Assembly (NCBI RefSeq): GCF_009914755.1
Contig: NC_060931.1
Direction: 5' to 3' (one strand)
DNA from: the human T2T-CHM13v2.0 reference genome, Homo sapiens
DNA: 64,000 bases
Made by a program: the position numbers and the translations under genes. A model generated the notes under the pieces. The model saw nothing but the letters and a program-made list of their open reading frames with translations. It ran no database searches and was not told where the DNA came from. Shown piece by piece: positions 1-15,482 of the stretch. The first letter of the stretch is position 1, and every line of letters starts with the position of its first letter.

Positions 1-2982
1 TTAATTACCACTCTCTTTATAGCAGCCTGGATATTGATCATTGCCATATTTTAAAACCTGTAAGTTATGTTTTTCTTGTACTAAAGGGCATGGTGGAATT
101 TTTTCAAGGTCAAAAACCATGTAAATAAAACCTTCCTAGCTCAAAACTAATCATACAGGTCCTGTTATCTAATTATTCCCCTAGTAATCTCCCTTCTATT
201 GCTTCACATTGAACTACGCCTTTTCTCCCCCTTTCCTCTGTCCATTCCACTGTGCTTGTTTATCCAACTCATCCATCTTGACCATTTAATTCTATCCTTA
301 ACTTCTCAAACCTGAAGGAGGGAAGCCCCGCCCCTCCCACAGAGACATGCACTCTAATGGATTTGAAATATGCTCATATCTATTATGTGTAAAATGTGTA
401 GTATTGTTCTGTGTTTATACATGTTTTTAATTTACATCAATGGCATTCTATACAATTGCAAAAATACAAAGAAGGACTAGAAAAGCTGGCATCTATTGAT
501 TTCCTAATGTGTTCATTATGTTGATTTGCCCCCTTTTATCTTTATTTCTGCTTTTTTTTTTTTCAAAATCGTCCATTACCTCACCAATCCAGTTTTGTAT
601 GAATAAGCTTTTTATGATTACTTTAGCTCCGACTTTTTTTAACATCAAAAGTTCCCTGGCCTATTTCCACATTCTAAAGTTGTAATACAATTCCTTATTT
701 AAATATGTTGCTTTATTAACTGAGTAAATTCTGCTGTGTGACAGAGTCAATCGCCTGAGGGATATGTCACGCATCAGTCTCATTATAGAAACGCTGTAGC
801 AAATGTTTTATTCTTGTCTCCTAGCCTTTGTGTAAAAGAAACTATATTTTGCCTATTAACTATGCATCCAAAACAAAAGGTAAAAAAAATGCTTATTTTA
901 TGAAAAGTACTGGTATCACTGATTTTTTTTAAAAGTGGCTTTTAATTTATCAAATAAGTATCAAGAACTACCTAACTTTGCTTTACTATACAAACGAATG
1001 AAGCAAAGGAAACAGTGACACAGAACTTACCTTTAAGAAATTAAATTTTAGTAGGAAAGATACCTGATAATAATAGTACCTACAGACAAAGGGCTATTCG
1101 AAACCACAGAGAATCTATTTCTCTGACGCTTGCCTAAGAGAATTTCATTCCATTAAATTTTATAAAGAAACCTAAAGCATTTGAAGGATCAAACAATCAA
1201 CATCACTGAAGTCCATATATTTACAGTAAATAATAGTGCGGGAGGAGTCAGGAGTGGAGCACAGATATGGCAACCTCCCACTTTAATCTGTCAGAGCAGT
1301 GACTTCCTACAAAGTTCTGTAAATGTTTTGACTGCACCACAGTGTTAAATGTATGGCTAGGCCTGAGTTTCTACAACTCGTGTTTTAGTAAATACGATGA
1401 AGTTTCTGTTACAAAATAGAATGGACATTTTTTTTCCCCCCAAAGACAGCTGCCCTACACAAAAGGGAACAGAAAGATGATTTTACTTCCTTCCTACCCT
1501 GAAGCCTAATGGCAAAGTTGCTTTGCAAATTTTTTTCTCCCAAGAGTTTGCAGCTGTTTCTGTCTTTCCTATTGTGCTTATGTTCAGCTCTGGCTGGGAA
1601 CACAAGCTACAGCCCCAGCTGTTGGGTGCAAAGTGAATCAGGTATTTCACAGTGGTCATTTGATTAGAAAGAATTATATTGTTTAGCTAACAACATTTTG
1701 TGTATGGCAGGGAAGACATTTTTGACATGTTCCTAACATTTAATGATGTGTAACTTATCTTGTACAGGTGCAGCTATATCTGAAAATACTGATGCATACA
1801 TATATTTAAGTCTCAATATCTGCAGAGCCATGTCAATGTAGATGAAGATTTAAAAATAATTTTTATTTGCATGATCACTCTCTTGGGATACTTCGAAGTA
1901 AAATAGTAGGATAAGCAATGTTTGAGATAGTGTAAGTGAACAATGAGAACGTGCCTTCTTACAGACTGGGGAAGGAGATGTAGAACAGAGTCAGACTTGG
2001 GAACATTAACACAGTGTACACAGCTACGTGGGAGAGGGAAGAGGGATTCTCATGAAGATCACAGGACTAATCACAGGGATTGTCCACGTCTCCCTTCTGA
2101 GCGCCTCGTCTAATCTACATCCAGAACAATGCTTCCTTGATTTTTTTTAACAGCACTTGTATAAGGCTTTTAATCTCTAAATGCAAAGCATTGCTATTAA
2201 AATATTTGTGCATGACTGTCAGGCCAGGGAGAGTGAGTGGATCAGGGATGCGAGAGGGGGTGGGGAGGCCCTTTCAAGAATTGTTTCAAGTTCAGCTCCA
2301 CAAATACTCACTGGGCAACTACTATGTGCACTACACTGTGCCTGCTCCCAATGGCCACAGCCTGGGCACTGTCACTGCTGCTACTGGGCTCCGTGGTTCC
2401 ATCCTAGCTCTTCCCGCATGCCCCTTTCGCCTCTCCAAGTTCCTAAATGTTGTTACCACCCACTCATCACTCCTGTTCTCTTCTGCCTCTTAACTGGACT
2501 AGTTGGATCTTAAGTAAGAAACCCAAGGAGGTAGAGATCACCTAAAAAGATGTCCCATGTTCAAGATCATTACTTATGACCACTACTTAAAGGACTGTGT
2601 TAGTAATCAGTGAACCTAAGAATAATTACTCACTTCCAATAAGAAAAATTTGTTTATCTGTTGACCTCCTGTCTTCAAATTCCTTCAGTTCCCGTGCCCC
2701 CATCGTGGCATGTCAGTGCTTTCTGTGAGAAGCCTGTAGTATGCATCATGTTTGGAATTACTGCCATTTTAGAGTATGTAGATGCAGATCCCCAATTCGT
2801 CAATGTTGTGAACATCTGGCAGAGACACAGCTGAAGGAAGCTTCAACTTGAACAATGATTCTCTTTAGGGATTTCTAACTTACCCATCTCTTTTATAAAA
2901 TAATCAGATAAAAATATTATCTGCCTTTTTGTGTGTGTACATCATTAACTTAGTTTTAACCCTAAAGAATGTTAGCTTTGGC

Positions 2983-3277
2983 TTTTTTTTTTTTTTTTTC
3001 ACAGTGTCTCGCTCTGTTGCCCAGGCTGGAGTGCAGTGGTGCAATCTTGGCTCACTGTAACCCCCACCTCCAGTATTCAAGCAATTCTTGTGCCTTAGCC
3101 TCCTGAGTAGCTGGGATTACAGGCACGTACCACCATGCCCAGCTAATTTTTGTACTTTTAGTAGAGACGGGTTTTTCGCCATGTTGGCCAGGCTGGTCTA
3201 GAAATCCTGGCCTCAAGTGATCTGCCCGCCTTGGCCTCCCAAAGTGCTGGGATTACAGGTATGAGTCACCGTGCCCA
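2983..3277 (-). mobile_element. Alu (AluS-like), antisense, intron 3
   Basis: T17 followed by reverse-complement Alu body ending CAAAGTGCTGGGATTACAGG...GTGCCC. Confidence 0.93.
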
Positions 3278-3394
3278 CAAGATTTGGTATATTTCTTTAG
3301 AGGAAAATACACTCAAGGGTTCTGAAATTTCTTTTGTGTAAGAAAGAACTTTTTATAAATAATAATTTCAGTTATGTCCATAACTAAAAATCAA

Positions 3395-3600
3395 GGATTC
3401 CATTTATATGAAATATCTAGAATAGGAAAACCTATAGAGATAGAAAGTAGATTAGTGGTAGTCAAGGGCTAAGAGGATATGGGGAGACTGGGAATGACAG
3501 CTAAGGGATGTGGGGCTTCTTTTTGAGATAATGAAAGCATTCTACAACCCTGTCTCAAAAAAAAAAAAAATTAAAACCGTTCAATTGTCCACTTTAAAAA
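3395..3600 (+). mobile_element. Old L1M (MB-like) 3'UTR fragment
   Basis: ATTCCATTTATATGAAATATCTAGAATAGG...AGAAAGTAGATTAGTGG. Confidence 0.65.
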
Positions 3601-4694
3601 CAATGGGGGAGGTATACAGAAACTGCATACAAACATCTTATCTTAAATTGTATTCATCATTCTTAAAATTTAATTCTATTAATAAAACGGTTTAATTAAA
3701 GATAAAACTGTATATGGGAGGTAAGGAGATATGGCCTTTACATATTTGTGGATATCTCACACAAAGTTACTTTGTTCAGGTTTACAGATTTGGGGGCCTA
3801 GCCACAACAGTTTTATTTGTACATGTATTTCTTCCCCATGTCCTATCTACAAGGGGCTATGTGAGATCAAAACCACAACCATTTGGTAAATTCAGATTCT
3901 GCCCTGCCCCAAATGTATTAGTCCTGTATTTTCAAGGCCATTAAAGAAAAAATATCCTGTGACCTAATTACTAAAGATTAGTTGTTGAATAGTAGGAACT
4001 CAAAGATAATTGTTGGTCTTCTATTTTATGCGAATTCTTCTAAGATTCCCAGGTTATTTATCATAAGAATTACATTTACATGGCAAATTTAGTTCTGTTC
4101 CTAGAAATATCTCCATGACAACCAAAAGGAACTCCTAATTTCTGGCACACATTACTTCAGGGGTATTTTGAGAGTTAAAGTGGTTAATCGATTATTTAGA
4201 ATCCTAGCAATAAGAGAAAGAAAAGAATTAAGGGTAGAAAAACATTTATAGCAGTAGGTATCCCTGCAGAGAACGGGCTAATGATCAACTAAAAAGGCAT
4301 TTGCATCTGTGGTACAGCCTCTGCGCAAAATTCCAAATGGCATTCTCACTTCCAAGTCACCTCACTTCTCCATGTGCCTTCCTGTCTTCTCATCTTCATC
4401 CCATTTTCTATAGCAAGCAACACTCATGCTAACTCGTGATCAAAAGTAGAGCTTGGCGGAGTGTGCTAGTAACATTTTCTCTATGCCCTCAAAAACTAGT
4501 TAGATGCAGAGACTTTCTCCTTAGGCACACTTAACTTGTGCAGCAAAAATTACTGAAACACGGAGTAACTGGCGAGGCAAATATATTGTGAAATTTGTTT
4601 TAGTACTTTTACTCACGAGTGGCTCTTGGGAGCTCAGAGTTGAAGCTTTTTCAATGGTATTTACTCTGGTGCTCCAAGAGCCTAGCAGTTGAGT

Positions 4695-4870
4695 GTTTAA
4701 GAGGTCAAGCACATGGATTCTGGCCTCAGATAAAGCTCTGTGGAAATCTGACTCATGTACTTTCTAGCTGAAATTCTATGTTGTATTTTTTTTAAGGAAA
4801 ATAATAGTACCTACCTTATAGGAGTATTGTGAGGAGTAAATAAAATCTCCATTTAAAGCACTTGGCACAA
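4695..4870 (+). mobile_element. MIR fragment
   Basis: ATAATAGTACCTACCTTATAGG...TTGTGAGGAGTAAAT...TAAAGCACTT. Confidence 0.65.
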
Positions 4871-7152
4871 TATGTGACTCAGTTTCCTGTTATGAAAGTA
4901 CAAACATTTGGTGCTTTTCAGACAAAGCTTTTTAACAGAGGATACACATATCAATCAATCCAAGTCCAGAGGTGCAAAGAGCTTCCGAAAAGAAAGAGAA
5001 AGGTTAATTCTTTCTGGGAAAGGACTATTTGGATGGGCTTCAGATATTTCATAAAGTCAAAGATGATGACCTAGTAATTAAGAAGGGATTGCTTATTATA
5101 GATTTGGGAAATGGTATTAAAAAGAGCAAGAAGGTAGGAGAAAAAAAGGGCTCTAGGAGGTGATTGTTATGTAGCCGGTCTAAGTAGAACGGAGGAAACC
5201 AGGGAGACAGACACAAAATGCAGGTGTCCATTGCAAGGTTCATAGTGATGAATAATCTTCAGTGAAGTGCAAAGCATAGAATGAGCTGGAAAACAAAGTC
5301 AGGGTATTAAGACAGACTGGTGTTCTGTGTTGCTTTTGACCTGTGTGTGAGAAAAGGAGTTTTTTTGCTTTTGTGTTTTTGTTTTTGTTTTGTTTTTTGT
5401 TTTACCTTTGCAGTTTGAAGTGATTGGCAACAGCCAAAGAAATATGGGGGGTATTGGGCAGGAGTATAGGAAAAATGAGATGTGATGAGCCCAGAAGGGA
5501 GTTAAGATTGCAAAATTGGGTAACCAAAATCTGGAGAATTTGTAATAGAAGCTTTAGAAGTCTAACATCTGATATTCTGCTTGTAACCAGTACCCAAAGG
5601 GAGGTGGGACTGGTAATTGAATTTCTGTTCACTTTGCCTGCAAAGGTCACCAATACCTATTGGGCCCTAACTTTAGGAAATAACAATAGTTTCCAACCTT
5701 TCCCATCCTGACCAAGTGACCCTTCATCCATCACTTAACTTCTGTGCAAATATAACCACCCTTTTTAATGGAGATGTTTTGAAAGCGTTGAGTGTTTAGA
5801 GTAGAACAAACATTAGAGCACAAATGTCATGATGTTTAACTTTTACAGCTGTATGTGAGCTTGGTTAGTTTCTCTATCAACAATCCACTCTCTGAGAACA
5901 AATTAGGTACTTTGAGAATCTTCCCAAATTGCTTCAGGATACTTGGCTCCTTTGTTATGCTGAAGAAAAAATTTACAATTGTTCCCCAGAACATTTATAT
6001 GTTGTATGTGTTTGTTAGAGTACAAAGCAGTTAATTATTGCTGTAATTTTCATTCCCATTATACGAATGAGAAAGCTGAGGTAGAGGGAGTGACTATGTA
6101 ATCGTAATCTCACAGATGTCCATGTTTGTCCTGTGATTTCATACCCATCGCGAGTAAATGCATGTTCAATGCAATGTAAAAGGCTATTAGAGATGTTGGG
6201 CAATTTCACAAAGTAGATTTCAAGTCTAGGGCTGTGCTGAGCCTCCTCCACCTTCATGTATATGCAACCCAGTGGCCTACTTAAGAGTGAAAGTTTCTCT
6301 GAGAACTCCAACACCCTCCTAAAAATCTAAGTGTTCATGTAAGATAATCATTTGGATTTTATCCCAATTGTTGTCAATTATGCTCTGAACTTTATTATTA
6401 CTGGGTTCTAGGAACAGGACAGATGGAAATTAGATAGCTGGGAAACATCCCAAATTTTAAAAACCTGAAAGCAAAAATGACATCAATCATCAAACCTCAT
6501 TTCCCGGGCATTGTTAAAACCATCAGGCCTTATTTTAAAGCCAGACCAAGAAGCAGAGTTTTATAATCCAAGTAATAATATATTGTGGGACAGTGGTTTA
6601 TAAAAAAATACAACACATCATTTCAAAGTAGCTGGGGGCCTGTTTTGACCTGAAAAGATCTATAAATGTGGCTTAAGAGTAGCACAGCTGGAACTAGCTC
6701 CAGTATTCCAGACTCCGCGTCCACTACTCTTAACCATTACATCAAGGGAAACTGCCTGGCAGGGAGGATTAAGAGGATATATTTAAAAAATAATCCAGAT
6801 TCATTGTAGCATGTGTGGTGTCTTCTTTCTGGAGAGAGTTTTGGTTCCTCCATTTTCCAATACAATTGCAGGGATTTGTCTGTATGTGCTGCCAATTGAT
6901 TGAAAGATCTCTTTCCCTTGAAACCATTAAAAGATCATAGGCAAAGTCTGTCTTGGGGGTTCAGATAATTTGGCTTCAAGGCAAGAGATTAGAAGATGAC
7001 ATATTGATTTACAATGAGGGGAACTGTTGGGTCTTCAGTTCAAACACCCACAAGCCCTGCTAATCTGTTATTACCATTATCATCTACATTTTCCACTTAT
7101 ATTTAAACTGAGCTTGTTGGAATAAGGATGTTATAACTTTTTTGCTGTTTAG

Positions 7153-7314
<162 letters not shown>

Positions 7315-8006
7315 TAGACGTGGTTTTTCCCAAATGCATATTTACAACCAGTGTCACTTGGCCCTTTATAATGTCTCTCTTCATCTTAAATTTACCCCTC
7401 CTCCATTAAGTTCTTTAGTGAGTATTCCAGAGATCTTCTGAAATCTAGTTAATTTGTTCTCCAAGAAAGACTAGACCTAAGGGAGGTCTTTTTCAAAACT
7501 TCTCCTTTTGTCCTATATTTCTCAACAAGAAAAATAAACACACAGAATGAGAATTACAGTCCTAATGACAGAGCTCTAGTGCAGGCAGATAAATCCTGGA
7601 AATGTACATTGGAATCCGACTCCAACCAATAATCCCTTTTCTCCTAGAGAAGAAAGTGCATCTTGATGCCAGAATGACATGCAACTTTACTTAGAATTTT
7701 CCAGAGATTCAAGTGTGTTTTCCCACCACTTAAATTATACTCTCTTGTTATTTTAAAATCATCTCAGACAGGGCACAATGTCCCTACTATGTAGAACCTC
7801 TAACATTGTGTGGCAATGCTATGCTCACTGGACAATAATGTTACTTTTTCACATACCTGCTAACAATAAAGGAAAGGAAGGAATCAGATTTTTAAAATTT
7901 TAATCACCGTTATGACAGGATTTGCACACATAGTTGCTAAGTCTAGAAAATTCCATCAAATGATATTTACATGTACCTTTTGTGTACTTACTTTATAATT
8001 AATTAA

Positions 8007-8315
<309 letters not shown>

Positions 8316-11300
8316 TAGATACAAATCCCACTAATGAAAAAAATTTAAAAATCAATTTACTCATTTAGCTGTGAGTCATCAGCTAAAGCACCATCTCTCT
8401 CTTGGCTTTATCCCTCGGGCAGGGAGGGGGTGGTGTTTGGGCATCCCCCCAAGTCCTGCACCTGAAGTGCTTGCTTCACATTGTCTAGGTTCTATCGCTG
8501 GGCAGCTGCTCACCTTTAGTGCCGTGTGAATAAAAGAGTGGTGGTGAATAAGCAACAGTGCTCCCCATTTTCTCACACTGGGGCCTGTTCCCTCCTGACT
8601 CACCCACTCTCTGATTCCTCGCCACTTCCTATATAGGCCAAGTGCCCAGACATGAGCCTCCATCACAGAAACAGATCTGTTCATGGCATATCCTGGAACC
8701 CTGAGCTGAATCCTGCAAACTGGTGATCCCTGCCATGCTGGGGCACACAGGACAGTTTTCTTCCTGTCCGATGCATAGATGGTGGCCTTGTCTGTTCACA
8801 GATGAGACTGAAGATTATTTCCCGGGGTGAGGTGGGCAAGGCAAGTGGAGGGTCAACACCCATGGGTGGCTGTGAGTCTTCCTTCAGTGTTCCCAGAAAA
8901 AAAAGCAAAGGCTCAACGGATGACTATACTAACATCTATACTTCTGTAAGCCATGCCACTCTTTAATTCATTCCAAAAATATTTATTGAGTGCATACCAT
9001 TTAGCAGGCTGCCCTCTAGTCCCTGAGGAGATATAGTCCAGAACAAGATGAGCACATCTCTTGCTGATAGAGAACTCAGTTTCTGGCAATGGACATTGGC
9101 TCTAACATCGCAGCCATGCTAACTGTGTTGCCTTATTTGCTTAAGCATATATTCGGCACTATGAAAATCTCCACGCAATTTTTAAAAATTTCTTAGTCCA
9201 AAACATCTTGCTTAAAAACACTTCCCTGGTGAGAACCCAGTGTGTATTTTTCTCTGTGTGCATGTAGAAAAGTTGGACTTTAGTAAATAGTTCTTATGAA
9301 AGATTCAAGTTAAAGGTCTCGGTCACCTGGTTCATGCCCAAGTAAACAAAATGTGCGAGTCAGAACAAGAACCACCCCCAAGTGCATGGCTGTTTTCATT
9401 TAGTTACGGTTTGGAGCAAGATTTGTAGTGGGTGACTGGGTTTTAAACCAAGTTATTTTCTGTTAGGTGTGACACAGTTATTAAGACTTAGCTTGATTGA
9501 CCAGAGAATAAACTAAAGACAGTGACAAAACAAATTTAAATCTATACTGTAGTATTTGTGTACTTTTTTGTTGTTCAGTATACTTTTGGAACCGTATGCA
9601 ATTTTATACTTTTATAAACAAACAACTTCAGCAATTTGAGACACTAGGAATCTGAACTCTGCTATTCCATGAAATAGATATGGAAAATATATGTGTGTGT
9701 GCCCATGCAATTAAATCACAACAATTTCATTTCAAAAATAACCAAGCTGGTATTTTAAGTAAAGAAAATGGTTTGATAACCTGTACAAATGAAACATTTA
9801 ATTTTTACTAATGTGCTTCCTTTTACTAAGCATAAAAGCTATACTAAAATGCTTAAAAATAAAGTAAATATTTCAGAATTTTCTGGAACCAGAGAATCTC
9901 TTGCAATATTTAAATGTCCCTCCTCTCTCACCCTTCTTAACTCTAGCATTCTATAGTTGATGATTCTCAAAGGTTGCGTGCTACCATGCACAAGTCAGTG
10001 AGGCTTAAGCTGCAGTTAGGAAGGCAGGGCAGCTGAGTCCATAAATCCCTCTAGGTTCATAGTTGTTAGGAAGATTTCATGCTGCACCAGACTGTGACAG
10101 TTAGCATTCTTCCTGCAAAACATAAGACAGACTCGAGGTGGGTGTTAAGATGGCCGAGTAGGAACAGCTCCGGTCTGCAGCTCGCAGCAAGATCAGTGCA
10201 GAAGGCAGGTGATTTCTGCATGTCCAACAGAGGTACACGGCTCATCTCATTGGGACTGGTTAGACAGTGGGTGCAGCCCACAGAGGTTGAGCTGAAGCAA
10301 GGTGGGATGTTGCCTCACCTGGGAAGGGCAAGGGATTGGGGAACTCCCTCCCCTAGCAAAAGGAATCCTTGAGGGACTGTGTTGTGAGGAACAATGCATT
10401 CCGGCCCAGATACTACACTTCCCTATGGTTTTGGCAACTAACAGACCAGGAGATTCCCTCATTTGCCTACACCACCAGGACCCTGGGTTTGAAGCACAAA
10501 ACTGGGCGGCCATTTGGGCAGACACCGAGCAGGAGTTTTTTTTCATACCCCAGTGGTGCCTGGAATGCCAGCAAGACAGAACCATTCACTCCCCTGGAAA
10601 GGGGGCTGAAGCCAGGGAGCCAAGTGGTCTAGCTCAGTGGATCCCACCCCTACAGAACCCAGCAAGCTAAGATGCACTGGCTTCAAATTCTCACTGCCAG
10701 CACAGCAGTCTGAAGTTGACCTGGGATGCTGGAGCTTGGTGCAGGGAGGGGTGTCCACCATTACTGAGGCTTGAATAGGCTATTTTCCCCTCACACTGTA
10801 AAGGGTACAGCTTCAGCAGACTTAAACATTCCTGCCTGCTGGCTCTGAAGAGAGCAGCAAATCCCCCAGCACAGTGCTCTAGCTCTGCTAAGGGACAGAT
10901 TGCCTCTTCAAGTGGGCCCCTGACCCCTGTGCCTCCTGACTGGGAGACACCTCCCAGCAGGGGTCGACAGACACCTCACACAGGAGAGCTCTGGCTGGCA
11001 TCTGGTGGGTGCCCCTCTAGGATGAAGCTTCCAGAGGAAGGAATAGGCAGCAATCTTTGCTGTTCTACAGCCTCTGCTAGTGATACCCTGGCAAACAGGG
11101 TCTGGAGTGGACCTCCAGCAAACTCCAGAAGACCTGCAGCAGTGAGGCCTGACTGTTAGAAGAAAAACTAACAAACAGAAAGCAATAGCATTAACATAAA
11201 CAAAAAGAACGTCCACACAAAAACCCTATTCAAAGGTCACCAACATCAAAGACCAAAGGTTGATAAATCCATGAAGATGAGGAAAAACCAGCGCAGAAAG

Positions 11301-12033
11301 GCTGAAAATTCCAAAAACCAGAACACCTCTTCTCCTCCAAAGGATCACAACTCCTTGCCAGCAAGGAAACAGAATTGGACAGAGAATGAGTTTAACAAAT
11401 TGACAGCAGCAGGCCTCAGAATTTGGGTAATAACAAACTCCTCCAAGCTAAAGGAGCATGTTCTAACCCAATGCAAGGAAGCTAAGAACCTTGAAAAAAA
11501 AGCTAGAGGAATTGCTAACTAGAATAACCGTTTAGAGAAAAACATAAATGACCTGATGGAGCTGAAAAACACAGCATGAGAACTTCATGAAGCATACACA
11601 AGTATCAATAGCCAAATCAATCAAGTGGAAGAAAGAATGTCAGAGATTGAATATCAACTTAATGAAATAAAGTGTGGAGACAAGATTAGAGAAAAAAGAA
11701 TGAAAAGGAATGAACAAAACCTCCAAGAAATATGCGACTATGTGAAAAGACCAAACCTACATTTGATTGGTGTACCTGAAAGTTACAGGGAGAATGGAAC
11801 CAAGTTGGAAAACACTCTTCAGAATATTATCCAGGAGAACTTCCCCAACCTAGCAAGACAGCCCAACATTCAAATTCAGGAAATACAGAGAACACCACAA
11901 AGATACTCCTCTAGAAGAGCAACACCAAGACACATAATAGTCAGATTCACCAAGGTTGCAATGAAGGAAAAAATGTTAAGGGCAGCCGGAGAGAAAAGTC
12001 GGGTTACCCACAAAGGGAAGCCCATCAGACTAA

Positions 12034-14150
<2,117 letters not shown>

Positions 14151-15166
14151 GAAACCCTACAAGCCAGAAGACAGTGGGGGCCAATATTCAACATTCTTAA
14201 AGAAAATAATTTCCTTCCCAGAATTTCATATCCAGCCAAACTAAGCTTCATAAGTGAAGGAGAAATAAAATCCTTTACAGTCAAGCAAATGCTGAGAGAT
14301 TTTGTCACCATCAGGCCTGTCTTACAAGAGCTCCTGAAGGAAGCACAAAATATAGAAAGGAAAAACCGGTACCACCTACTGCAGAAACATACCAAATTGT
14401 AAAGACCATTGACACTGTGAAGAAACTACATCAACCAATGGGCAAAATAACCAGCTAGGATCAAATTCACACATAACACTATTAACCTTAAATGTAAATA
14501 GGCTAAATGCCCCAATTAAAAGACACAGACTGGCAAATTGGATAAAGAGTCAAGACCCATTGGTGTGCTGTATTCAGGAGACCCATCTCACGTGCAAAGA
14601 CACACATAGGCTCAAAATAAAGGGGCGGAGGAAGATTTACCAAGCAAATGGAAAGCAAAAAAAGCAGGGGTTGCAATCCTAGTCTCTGATAAAACAGACT
14701 TCAAACCAACAAAGATCAAAAAAGACAAAGAAGGGCATTACATAATGGTAAAGGGATCAACACAACCAGAAGAGCTAACTATCCTAAATATATATGCTCC
14801 CAATACAGGAACACCCAGATTCGTAAAGCAAGTCCTTAGAGACCTACAAGGAGACTTAGACTCCCACACAATAATAATAGGAGACTTTAACACCCCACTA
14901 TCAACATCAGACAGATCAAGGAGACAGAAAGTTAACAAGGGTATCCAGGACTTGAACTCGGCTCTGGACCAAGCAGACCTAATAGACATCTACAGAACTC
15001 TCCATTCCAAATCAGTAGAATATACATTCTTCTCAGCACCACATAGCACTTATTCTAAAATTGGCCACATAATTGGCAGTAAAACACTCCTCAGCAAATG
15101 CAAACAAACAGTCTCTCAGATGACACTACAATCAAATTAGAACTCGAGTTTAAGAAACTCACTTAA

Positions 15167-15482
<316 letters not shown>

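Noticed and set aside
3546-3570. ACCCTGTCTC-A15 resembling an ultra-short Alu tail inside an old L1
   Set aside because: Too short to distinguish from a mutated L1 segment with an A-run expansion; no TSD
10135-11270. The known L1-MET antisense-promoter element
   Set aside because: That element lies in intron 2, antisense to MET and upstream of this window; this L1 is older and sense-oriented
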